From contig JADHLY010000001.1 in the NCBI GenBank assembly GCA_016780385.1, positions 37,498 through 101,497 on the forward strand: DNA of 64,000 bases, read 5' to 3'. Shown one piece after another: positions 50,032-58,559 of the stretch. The stretch's first letter is position 1; every line of letters begins with the position of its first letter. The notes beneath the pieces were generated by a model. That model did no database searches. It worked only from the letters and a program-made list of their open reading frames with translations, and was not told the origin of the DNA. A program made the position numbers and the translations under genes. This DNA is from Flavobacteriales bacterium. GTDB taxonomy: Bacteria > Bacteroidota > Bacteroidia > Flavobacteriales_D > Sanyastnellaceae.

Positions 50032-51335
50032 ACCTCACCTCCAGCATCAACACCCGTATGGAACACTCCCACCCCCATCAGGACATCGTTGTCGGACTCG
50101 ACATCGGCACCACCAAAATCGCGTGCATCGTAGGCCAGAAAAATGCCCATGGCAAGCTGGAGATCATCGGCTATGGCAAAAGTGAATCCATCGGGGTCAC
50201 CCGTGGCGTTGTAGCCAACATCGAGCACACCGTTCAGTCCATCAAGACGGCTGTTGAAGCGGCGGAGAAATCGGCCAATGTCCGGATCGAAGTGGTCAAT
50301 GTGGGCATCGCGGGGCAGCACATCAAGAGCCTCCAACATAGGGGTCAACTCATCCGCACGGAGACCGACGATGAAATCACCCGCAGCGATGTGCAACAGC
50401 TCATCGACGACATGCGCAAGCTCAAGGTGTTGCCCGGGGAGGAGATCTTGCACGTCCTGCCACAGGAATTCACGGTAGACGGCGAACCCGGAATCAAAGA
50501 GCCCGTGGGCCACACGGGAGTGCGGCTCGAAGCCAACTTCCACATCATCACGGGCCAGACTTCCGCCGCCAAGAACATTTACCGGTGCATCAAGCGCGCC
50601 GGTCTGCAGGTGGACCAACTGATCCTCGAACCCATTGCGTCCAGCTCAGCAGTGTTGAGCGACGAGGAAAAGGAAGCGGGCGTGGCCTTGGTTGACATCG
50701 GCGGCGGCACCACCGACATCGCCATCTTCCAAGAGGGCATCATCCGCCACACCGCAGTCATTCCGTTTGGCGGCAACGCCATCACCGACGACATCAAACA
50801 AGGCTGCGGCGTCCTCAAGAAGCACGCCGAAGCGCTCAAAAACAAGTTTGGTTCTGCCCTCGAACAAGAAATGGACCAAGACCAAGTCGTGGTCATTCCC
50901 GGTCTGCCTGGACGCCCGCCGAAGGAAGTCTCGCGCCGCAACATCGCGGGCATCATCCAAGCGCGGATGTCCGAGATCATCGAGCACGTCCACTACGAAA
51001 TCAAGAACAGCGGATTGGAACGGGAGCTCATTGGGGGCATCGTGGTGACCGGTGGTGGAAGCCAACTCAAGCACGTGCGTCAACTGTTTGAATACGTGAC
51101 CACCATGGACTGCCGAATCGGCTTTCCCAACACCCACCTTGCCCAAGCACCTGACCGCAGCCTGACCGCCCCCACCTATGCGACGGGTATCGGACTTGTT
51201 TTGCTTGGTTTCGAACATGACGGTCCGTCTGACATGGCCGATTCACGCCAGCAAGAAGCCCAAGAAACCATGGCCGGACCGCGGCGCTTTCTGCAGAAAA
51301 TCAAGGACTTCTTTGAAGACGAAGTCGAGGACTAA
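50028..51335 (+). CDS. ftsA: Cell-division protein FtsA
   Basis: VVGLDIGTTKIACIVG, VALVDIGGGTTDIAIF, GIVVTGGGSQL actin-fold motifs. ATGA overlap with ftsQ. Confidence 0.93.
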   Translation: MNLTSSINTRMEHSHPHQDIVVGLDIGTTKIACIVGQKNAHGKLEIIGYGKSESIGVTRGVVANIEHTVQSIKTAVEAAEKSANVRIEVVNVGIAGQHIKSLQHRGQLIRTETDDEITRSDVQQLIDDMRKLKVLPGEEILHVLPQEFTVDGEPGIKEPVGHTGVRLEANFHIITGQTSAAKNIYRCIKRAGLQVDQLILEPIASSSAVLSDEEKEAGVALVDIGGGTTDIAIFQEGIIRHTAVIPFGGNAITDDIKQGCGVLKKHAEALKNKFGSALEQEMDQDQVVVIPGLPGRPPKEVSRRNIAGIIQARMSEIIEHVHYEIKNSGLERELIGGIVVTGGGSQLKHVRQLFEYVTTMDCRIGFPNTHLAQAPDRSLTAPTYATGIGLVLLGFEHDGPSDMADSRQQEAQETMAGPRRFLQKIKDFFEDEVED

Positions 51336-51503
51336 TGCGAAGCCCGTCATCATCCAAATCCTGTTTTCAACGGTACAACCGTGAAGGGATAGGCCAGACG
51401 ACCCTCAAACCAGCCCATTCTTCGTTTTACTTGTCGTGCACCCGCGGGAGGACGCAAGCCCAGTAAAACCGCACCTGCAACCCATTCCAAACAGGAAACA
51501 ACA

Positions 51504-53366
51504 ATGGAATTCGACCTACCCATTAATTCAGGATCACCCATCAAGGTCATCGGCGTCGGTGGCGGCGGCTCCAATGCCGTCAACTACATGCACCAGCAAG
51601 GCATCAAAGGGGTGGACTTCATTGTGTGCAATACGGACAACCAAGCCCTCGCGGCTTCCAATGTCCCCGTACGCATCCAACTTGGCACCACCCTGACCGC
51701 CGGTCAAGGTGCAGGGAGCATCCCCGAAATCGGGAAAAATGCCGCTATCGAAAACCTCGAAGATGTACTGAGTCAACTCAACGACAATACCACCATGGTC
51801 TTTGTGACTGCCGGAATGGGCGGCGGCACAGGAACGGGTGCGGCACCGGTGATTGCTCAAGCGTGCAAGGACCTCGACATCCTCACTGTCGGAATCGTCA
51901 CCGTGCCCTTCAACTTTGAAGGCCGCCGCCGGGCCACCCAAGCAGGAGACGGCCTCGAAGCCATGCGGGCTGCGGTGGACACCCTGCTGGTCATCCGCAA
52001 CGACAAACTCCGCGAGCTTTTCGGCAACCTGACCCTGAAGCAGGCCTTCTCCAATGCAGACGAGGTACTGTGCACCGCTGCCAAAGGCATCGCAGAAGTC
52101 ATCACGCTGACCGGCGACATCAACGTCGACATGAACGATGTCAAGACGGTGATGAGCGAATCTGGAGCCGCCATCATGGGGGCAGGAAGTGCCAGCGGTG
52201 AAGGCCGCGCCATGACCGCAGTCACGGAGGCATTGGAAAGCCCGTTGCTCAACGACAGCGACATCACAGGTGCCAACTTCGTATTGCTCAACATCACCTA
52301 CGGCACCGACGAGATCCTCATGGACGAGATCTCTGAAATCACGGACTACATCCAAGATCAAGCCGGCGCTACGGCCGAGGTCATTTGGGGATATGGTCAC
52401 GATGAGGCTTTGGGTGAGAAAATTTGTGTGACTGTCATCGCCACTGGCTTTGAAGCGACCGCCAAATTGCCTGAGGGGCCCAGTATCGTCAGGCACAACC
52501 TCCAAGACGAAGCCCGGGAAATCACCCAGCCTATGGAGACCCCGATGGGCAACCCCCAGTTCGGCGACCCCCTCACAACAGCAGAAACTCAAGACGAAAG
52601 TCCCCACCTGAAAGGCGATACGGCTCCTGTTGAAGGAACTGCGGACCCCCGCGATGTTCCCTTGGCCAACACTTGGGCTGCAGCAGACGTGACCGGTGAG
52701 ACCAGCGAAAATGCACCTGACCTCTTTGGTACCGTTGACGGCGCCGAAGAAATGAGCCTCATCCACAAGGAAGTGGAGCAAGCCCCCGCGGAGGAGACCC
52801 ATGAACCCGCCCTCGAAACGACACCCCTCGTTGAGATGACTGAGCGCGTGGAATCGGAACCCACTGCAGACATCACCGCAGAAGTCACAGCGGACACTCC
52901 GACATCCAATGGTGAATACGACATCCTCGACTTGGATGCCAATGAGGAGGACAACCTCATTCCCGAAGAACAGGGTGGCATTTCCTTTACCAACGAACAG
53001 GTAGAGACTGAGGAGGCCGCCCCCACGCCCCTGGCCGAGCAAGCGCCCGCCGCACAAGCACAGCCAATCCCCACCTCACATCCTCAGCCTAAGGCCCCCA
53101 TTGCACCAAAGACCGCGGCACCCGAAACCAGCGACCTCACGCAGCGCATCGCCCAGCGACAACAAAGCATTGAGGCCTATACCAAGCGCCTGCGTACGCC
53201 CAGCGGTTTAAGCGAACTGGAAGATGAACCCGCATACAAGCGCCGCAACATCCAGTTGGAACCCACCCCCTCAAGCGGTGAATCTCAGGCCACCCGGCTG
53301 AGCATCGATGAGGAAACCGGCGGGCTCAAAACAGACAACCCTTTCCTTCACGACAACGTCGACTGA
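51504..53366 (+). CDS. ftsZ: Cell-division GTPase FtsZ with ~250-aa acidic linker
   Basis: IKVIGVGGGGSNAVN, T7/tubulin signature AGMGGGTGTGAAPV, NFEGRRR. A long E/T/P/A-rich linker follows, then the conserved C-terminal peptides EDEPAYKRRN and NPFLHDNVD. Confidence 0.95.
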   Translation: MEFDLPINSGSPIKVIGVGGGGSNAVNYMHQQGIKGVDFIVCNTDNQALAASNVPVRIQLGTTLTAGQGAGSIPEIGKNAAIENLEDVLSQLNDNTTMVFVTAGMGGGTGTGAAPVIAQACKDLDILTVGIVTVPFNFEGRRRATQAGDGLEAMRAAVDTLLVIRNDKLRELFGNLTLKQAFSNADEVLCTAAKGIAEVITLTGDINVDMNDVKTVMSESGAAIMGAGSASGEGRAMTAVTEALESPLLNDSDITGANFVLLNITYGTDEILMDEISEITDYIQDQAGATAEVIWGYGHDEALGEKICVTVIATGFEATAKLPEGPSIVRHNLQDEAREITQPMETPMGNPQFGDPLTTAETQDESPHLKGDTAPVEGTADPRDVPLANTWAAADVTGETSENAPDLFGTVDGAEEMSLIHKEVEQAPAEETHEPALETTPLVEMTERVESEPTADITAEVTADTPTSNGEYDILDLDANEEDNLIPEEQGGISFTNEQVETEEAAPTPLAEQAPAAQAQPIPTSHPQPKAPIAPKTAAPETSDLTQRIAQRQQSIEAYTKRLRTPSGLSELEDEPAYKRRNIQLEPTPSSGESQATRLSIDEETGGLKTDNPFLHDNVD

Positions 53367-53378
53367 CACCACCTGACC

Positions 53379-53828
53379 GTGACCCTGCAAGACCGCATCA
53401 GCGCCGACATGAAGGAGGCCATGAAGGCCAAAGACAAAGTGCGGCTCGCCGCATTGCGCGACATCAAGTCCAAAATCATGCTCGCCCTGACCGAAGGTGG
53501 AGGCCAAGACACCCTTGACGATGCGGCCGTCACCAAGATCCTTTCCAAGCAGCTCAAGCAGCGGGAGGACACCATGGTCATCTACAAGGAACAAGGAAGG
53601 GACGACCTGCTCGAAGAAGAGAAGGCCCAAGCCGACGTGATCCGCGTTTACCTGCCACAACCCATGACGGAAGAAGAGCTGACTGAAGCCGTCAAAGCAC
53701 TCACCGCCGAATTGGGGGCCAGCTCAATGGCCGATATGGGCAAAGTCATGGGCGCCGCTTCCGCAAAGTTTGCAGGGCGCGCAGACGGTAAAGCCATCAG
53801 CGCCCTCGTCCGCTCCATGCTGAGCTGA
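53379..53828 (+). CDS. GatB/YqeY domain-containing protein
   Basis: TLQDRISADMKEAMKAKDKVRLAALRDIKS...GKVMGAASAKFAGRADGKAIS is the typical YqeY pattern. GTG start. Confidence 0.85.
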   Translation: MTLQDRISADMKEAMKAKDKVRLAALRDIKSKIMLALTEGGGQDTLDDAAVTKILSKQLKQREDTMVIYKEQGRDDLLEEEKAQADVIRVYLPQPMTEEELTEAVKALTAELGASSMADMGKVMGAASAKFAGRADGKAISALVRSMLS

Positions 53829-53907
53829 CCCGACTTGAACGAATCGGCACCATTGTTGTTTTAATCGGACAAGTGGAGCAATAACTGCCGCCAAGTCCAT
53901 AAAACAC

Positions 53908-54516
53908 ATGAACATTTTTCTCATTACTGGAGCCCTTTTATTCGGCATCCCTTCTCATTCCAGCACCAATGGTGGGGAACTCGAACGCATGAACGTCGAT
54001 TCGAAGTCGAGCAATGTCACCTGGGTTGGTGAAAAAGTAACAGGGAGCCACAACGGCGACATTCAAATCTCCTCCGGGTTTATCACCATGGAAGAAGGCT
54101 TGATTTCAGCGGCAACCGTCATCATTGACATGACCACCATTAACACGCTCAACCTTGAAGGCCGCGGGAAGACCAGCCTCGATGGCCACCTAAAAAGCGA
54201 CGACTTTTTTGGGACAGACCAGTTTCCAACGGCCCAATTCGAACTCAACAGCGTTCAACCCATCCGAGCGACAAACGGCATGAACTTCACGGCCAACGGC
54301 ACCGTTACCATCAAAGGCCGCACCGCGGAAGTTTCCTTCCCCATCAAGGTGGAACAAGGCAAAAAAACAGTCTCCATTGCTGGTGAAATCAAGCTCGACC
54401 GTTCTCAATTCGACGTTCGCTTCCGCAGCAAGTCCTTCTTCGACGCAGCTGAGTTGGGTGACAAACTCATCTATGATGAATTCACCATCGCTTTTGAACT
54501 GGTAGCCAACGGCTGA
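53908..54516 (+). CDS. YceI-family periplasmic (polyisoprenoid-binding-like) protein
   Basis: Signal peptide; SNVTWVGEKVTGSHNG...LDGHLKSDDFFGTDQFPTAQFE...GTVTIKGRTAEVSFP matches the YceI fold motifs. Confidence 0.85.
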   Translation: MNIFLITGALLFGIPSHSSTNGGELERMNVDSKSSNVTWVGEKVTGSHNGDIQISSGFITMEEGLISAATVIIDMTTINTLNLEGRGKTSLDGHLKSDDFFGTDQFPTAQFELNSVQPIRATNGMNFTANGTVTIKGRTAEVSFPIKVEQGKKTVSIAGEIKLDRSQFDVRFRSKSFFDAAELGDKLIYDEFTIAFELVANG

Positions 54517-54540
54517 GGCCAGCGCTTCACTCCATTCGAG

Positions 54541-54572
54541 ACCCCTGTCGCTTCCGCGTCAGGGGTTTTTTG
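54541..54572 (+). terminator. Probable rho-independent terminator after yceI
   Basis: ACCCCTG-(12-nt loop)-CAGGGGT followed by TTTTTTG. The loop is rather long, so confidence is moderate. Confidence 0.55.
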
Positions 54573-54587
54573 TTGGACGTTCCACAG

Positions 54588-55346
54588 TCAGTGCAGAATC
54601 AGGCGGATGTCCAAACCCCACCAACTGCCATCCAGCACCCGATCTGCCTCCCGCAAGTCTGCATCGGCCTGGCCCACATTCCAACGGGCCGTAAGGTCAC
54701 CACTGAACAAAGGCTGGATCAAAGGGCGCAGCACGCCCCCTACGTGCAGGTCCGCATCTTCGCCTTCCTTCACCACACCCAATTCCAACCCCATTCCCCA
54801 GCGGCTCCAGTTGTAACGCAAGGACTCGTGCTCCACCGTGAATACAGTACCCGATTGCTCAGCACTTTCAGCCGCAAAAGCATTGGTCGGTAGAATTTCC
54901 ATCACAATGCCTCCTCCGGCGCCCAAGCGCCAGCCAGGCACCAGCGTGACTTCGGTGCGGTAAAGAATCGGAATGGAATACGACGCCACAATCCAGTCCA
55001 TGTCCACCGATGCCAGCGGCGCAGAGGCCACTTCAGGCATCCAATCCGCCTCCAAGGTCCAAATCCGACGCGTCTGCTCGAAACCAAAAGCCAATTGTCC
55101 GGCTTTGCCCAATTGACGGCGAATCGACACCCCATAGCTTCGCGTGCCTTGCTGCCCCCAACGGGCCATCAGCGGTGCATCGGCCCACTGCAGCGGTTGG
55201 CCATTCCAACCCACGCCCTCTCCCGCTGCTGGCCGGCCGACAGACAAGGACGTCAACAGCCGCACGTCCAAGGACCAAAGCTCACTTTGGGCCCACACAC
55301 CACTTGTGCAAAGCGAAACACACAATATGGCCACCCACCTGATCAT
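54588..55346 (-). CDS. Hypothetical exported/outer-membrane protein (252 aa)
   Basis: The ATG at 55346 gives MIRWVAILCVSLCTSGVWAQ (signal). Trp/Gly-rich beta-strand-like alternation. ATGA overlap with the upstream gene. Confidence 0.6.
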   Translation of the reverse strand: MIRWVAILCVSLCTSGVWAQSELWSLDVRLLTSLSVGRPAAGEGVGWNGQPLQWADAPLMARWGQQGTRSYGVSIRRQLGKAGQLAFGFEQTRRIWTLEADWMPEVASAPLASVDMDWIVASYSIPILYRTEVTLVPGWRLGAGGGIVMEILPTNAFAAESAEQSGTVFTVEHESLRYNWSRWGMGLELGVVKEGEDADLHVGGVLRPLIQPLFSGDLTARWNVGQADADLREADRVLDGSWWGLDIRLILH

Positions 55347-55678
55347 GAGCGCATCCATCCTATTGCGGCAAGCACCACCATTCCTGCTGTCACGAGCAAC
55401 ATCAGCCACCGCAAACCACCATGGGCGATAAACGGCTGCCGGTGCCGGGCATGCAACAGGTGATTCACCCGCAGTGCTTCCTTGAACACAGAACGATGCA
55501 CGCCGAATTTCAACACAATGCCTTCTCCACTTGAAGCCGCCTCAATGGGCGCCTTTTCAAACGCAATGTCCCCGCGCACCAAATCCCGCTCGAATTCCTC
55601 TGCCATTTCCGCATTTCGAAACTCAAAAACGTGATAGCGGTTGTCCGCTGGATGCGTATACCAATTGGTCAGCCGCAT
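55343..55678 (-). CDS. Hypothetical protein (111 aa) with C-terminal TM anchor
   Basis: MRLTNWYTHPADNRYHVFEFRNAEMAEEFERDL..., then WLMLLVTAGMVVLAAIGW. Starts 1 nt after the stop of the upstream nitroreductase gene (55680). Confidence 0.6.
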   Translation of the reverse strand: MRLTNWYTHPADNRYHVFEFRNAEMAEEFERDLVRGDIAFEKAPIEAASSGEGIVLKFGVHRSVFKEALRVNHLLHARHRQPFIAHGGLRWLMLLVTAGMVVLAAIGWMRS

Positions 55679-55679
55679 C

Positions 55680-56267
55680 TCAATCCTCGTTCCAACGGGT
55701 GACGTACTCCAACGGCTTCCGGTGCCCTTTTACAGGCCACGCTCCCTCAGGGTAGCCCATGTAGAACAGGCCCATACCACGCACCCCTGCTTCGTGGTCC
55801 AACGCCGACTTGGCCTCCGGGTGCGACAGAAATCCTGGCGTAGACCAGAATCCACCTATGCCATGGGCCGTGCACATCAGGTACATGTTCTGAACAGCTG
55901 CAGCCAAAGCCGCTTGATCCTCCCAAAGCGGGAAACGGCCTTCGGCATCGTGTGCCAAGCCAAGCGCCACAATGGCATTGCAACGCTCACCACGTTTTAG
56001 AATTTTCTCCGCCTTGGAGGCCGACGCCTGCTCACCAGCGTGTGCGCGATAGGCCGCCGACAGTGCTGTCATCAGCCGGGTCGCCGCACCATCCATGAAC
56101 ACGTTGAACCGCCACGGCTGGGTGAGGCCATGGTTGGGCGCCCAAGTGCCGTGCTGCAAGACTTCCTCCACGATTTCACGGTGAACCCTCCGTCCGGAGT
56201 AATGCTCTGGCGAGATGCTACGTCGGTCGAGGATCAGGGTACTCGTATCACTGATGCTGTGTCGCAT
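55680..56267 (-). CDS. Nitroreductase-family (FMN) protein
   Basis: LDRRSISPEHYSGRRV...APNHGLTQPWRF...GGFWSTPG is the typical NfsB/FRP-like fold pattern. Confidence 0.8.
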   Translation of the reverse strand: MRHSISDTSTLILDRRSISPEHYSGRRVHREIVEEVLQHGTWAPNHGLTQPWRFNVFMDGAATRLMTALSAAYRAHAGEQASASKAEKILKRGERCNAIVALGLAHDAEGRFPLWEDQAALAAAVQNMYLMCTAHGIGGFWSTPGFLSHPEAKSALDHEAGVRGMGLFYMGYPEGAWPVKGHRKPLEYVTRWNED

Positions 56268-56271
56268 AATG

Positions 56272-57687
56272 TCAATCCAAAGATTCGTAGTCCAACTGAT
56301 CCAAGAGGTACACCATGGAGGTCAAGGCCGCCGCCCCCAATTTGAGCTCCCGCTCGTGCACGTTTTCGAAGATATCGCGGTCGCTGTGATGGTAGTCAAA
56401 GTAGCGCTGCGAATTGGGGCGCAGCCCCACCATCAGCGGCCGCTTTCCTGCGGGCATCTCCTTCTTCAGTGGACCGATGTCCACCCCGGCTCCTCCCCGT
56501 CGCATATCGCCAACACCATATTCTGCAAGTCCATCCCGCCAAGCCCTCACCGCTTCTGTTCCGAGGTCACTCGCGTCGATAGAGTACCCCCGAGGAGCGT
56601 CTCCCCCTGCGTCACTCTCCACTGCGGCCACATGCCATTCTCCCCGCTCACGGGCGCGCTGCGCATACGTCTTGCCCCCATTGTTTCCGTTCTCCTCATT
56701 GATGAAGAGCACAATCCTCAATGTGTGTCGGGGCGCATAACCCAATGCATGGAGCGTGCGCAACACCTCTATGCTCTGTACGATTCCAGCCCCGTCATCG
56801 TGTGCCCCCTCGCCAATGTCCCAACTGTCGAGGTGCCCACCGACCACGATATACCGATCAGGAAATTCACTGCCCGTCCACTCCGCGATGACATTGGCCT
56901 GAGCCTTGTCCTCGTAGAGCACGCAATTCATGTTCATGCCTACCCTGACTTCATGTCCTGCTTCTACCAACCGGGCAATCCGCCGCGCATCCACCGTACT
57001 GACGGCAGCAGCGGGCAACTGCTCCACTTCATCCGAATAGCGCAATCCACCTGTATGCGGGAAAGTATCCAGCGCATGAGTCAGGGACCGCACCAAAGCA
57101 GCGACACCTCCATGATCAGCTGCTTCCACAGCACCCCTGGAGCGTTGCTCGTAAGCGCCACCATACGCACTTCCCGCGTTGATCATCAGCGGATCCATGG
57201 GCCGATTAAAAAAAGCAATGCGGCCATCCAACCCGTCTTCACCCAAGCTATCCAAGGCCTCAAAATCCCGAAAGACAGCCACCTCCGCCTCGAGGTCGCC
57301 CTCCGTTCCGACGCTGCCGCCGAGGGCAGCGATGCGCAGGGGCTCTGCTTCACCCCCATCTACGCGCATCCAAGCCTGCTCAGGTGCCCCACGCTCCCAG
57401 TGTGGAACCACAACCGGCTGCATTCGGACCTCTGCCGGTCCCACAGCTTCCAACACCTTGGCTCCCCACAAAATCGCTGCATCCGCCTCCGGCGAACCGC
57501 TCAATCGGGCACCGATGTCCTTGCACAGCACCCTCAAGTTCTCGTAACACGCGCCCTGGCCGAGCACCTCCGCATGGATCCGAGAAACCATGGTTGAATC
57601 CGACGATGACAGACTGGGTTCCACCTGTGCATGCAGGTGACCACACCACAGGGTCAAAGTCAATAAACACTTCATACTCGTCTTCAT
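56272..57687 (-). CDS. M28-family secreted aminopeptidase
   Basis: Signal MKTSMKCLLTLTLWCGHLHAQ. Zn-ligand contexts VVGGHLDSWDIGEGAHDDGAG, FINEENG, HHSDRD. Confidence 0.85.
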   Translation of the reverse strand: MKTSMKCLLTLTLWCGHLHAQVEPSLSSSDSTMVSRIHAEVLGQGACYENLRVLCKDIGARLSGSPEADAAILWGAKVLEAVGPAEVRMQPVVVPHWERGAPEQAWMRVDGGEAEPLRIAALGGSVGTEGDLEAEVAVFRDFEALDSLGEDGLDGRIAFFNRPMDPLMINAGSAYGGAYEQRSRGAVEAADHGGVAALVRSLTHALDTFPHTGGLRYSDEVEQLPAAAVSTVDARRIARLVEAGHEVRVGMNMNCVLYEDKAQANVIAEWTGSEFPDRYIVVGGHLDSWDIGEGAHDDGAGIVQSIEVLRTLHALGYAPRHTLRIVLFINEENGNNGGKTYAQRARERGEWHVAAVESDAGGDAPRGYSIDASDLGTEAVRAWRDGLAEYGVGDMRRGGAGVDIGPLKKEMPAGKRPLMVGLRPNSQRYFDYHHSDRDIFENVHERELKLGAAALTSMVYLLDQLDYESLD

Positions 57688-58463
57688 GACATCCAGCTTC
57701 CATTGTTCATGTCCAGTCCCTGACCCGTGATGCCGCGCTGCTCATCTGACATCAACCACGCCACAAAATCTGCCACCTCCGAAGGTTGGCTCATCCGTCC
57801 GGTGGGCAATACCGCACATTGTTGGGCATGACAGGCTTCATAACTCAGGCCTTGGGCTTCCGCCATCCGTTGAATGGACGCTTGGGCCATGGCAGTCTCC
57901 ACCCAACCCGGGCAAATGGCGTTGACCAAAATCCCATCAGCCCCCCACTCCACAGACAAACTCCGCACCAACCCCAAGACCGCGGTTTTGGAGGTCACGT
58001 AAGCCGACTGTCCAGGTACACCAAAACGCGCCAAAACGCTTGAGGTCACCACAGCATGGGTGACGGCCTGATCCGCTGCCTTCAAGTAGGGGTATGCCGT
58101 CTGCAATGTCACATACACACCGGTCACATTAACCCGCATGATCTCATCCCAACGGTCCTCTGACGCTTCCAATGCAAATCCATTGGCACCACCAATGCCC
58201 GCATTGGCAAACACACCCACAAGCTCTCGCCCTCGGCCATTGCCCATCACATCTGCCAAGCCATCATGAAAAGCCCATCTATCGGACACATCCAAAGCCA
58301 TCGAGAGATGACCATCACCCCCCTTCATCAGGGAACGGGTCTCCTCCAAAGCCTCAAGCCGCCTTCCCACCAACAACACAGCGAAGCCATCGTCTGCCAA
58401 ACGCACTGCCGTGGCACGACCAATGCCAGAACCTGCTCCTGTAACCAAAACCGTTTTCTGCAT
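57684..58463 (-). CDS. Short-chain dehydrogenase/reductase
   Basis: The ATG at 58463 gives MQKTVLVTGAGSGIGRA (TGxxxGxG). NAGIGG, catalytic YVTSK. ATGA overlap with the M28 gene. Confidence 0.88.
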   Translation of the reverse strand: MQKTVLVTGAGSGIGRATAVRLADDGFAVLLVGRRLEALEETRSLMKGGDGHLSMALDVSDRWAFHDGLADVMGNGRGRELVGVFANAGIGGANGFALEASEDRWDEIMRVNVTGVYVTLQTAYPYLKAADQAVTHAVVTSSVLARFGVPGQSAYVTSKTAVLGLVRSLSVEWGADGILVNAICPGWVETAMAQASIQRMAEAQGLSYEACHAQQCAVLPTGRMSQPSEVADFVAWLMSDEQRGITGQGLDMNNGSWMS

Positions 58464-58493
58464 GATGCGAAGATGGGGCATACTCTAAAAGAG

Positions 58494-58519
58494 AAAGGCC
58501 CGACTTGCGTCGGGCCTTT
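58494..58519 (-). terminator. Rho-independent terminator of the giant gene
   Basis: AAAGGCCCGAC-TTGC-GTCGGGCCTTT: perfect 11-bp stem. On the minus strand it is followed by TCTCTTTT, 40 nt after the stop at 58560. Confidence 0.85.
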
Positions 58520-58559
58520 CCAAAGTTTCTGAAGGATTGTCCTTCGAACCTATGCTGGT

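Noticed and set aside
51534-53057. 507-aa minus-strand ORF
   Set aside because: It is antisense to ftsZ (tubulin signature GGGTGTG on the plus strand). It stays open because the acidic linker lacks codons whose complement is a stop.
56215-57597. 460-aa plus-strand ORF
   Set aside because: It is antisense to the M28 peptidase and nitroreductase genes, which have clear metal-ligand and FMN-fold motifs and overlap-coupled starts on the minus strand.
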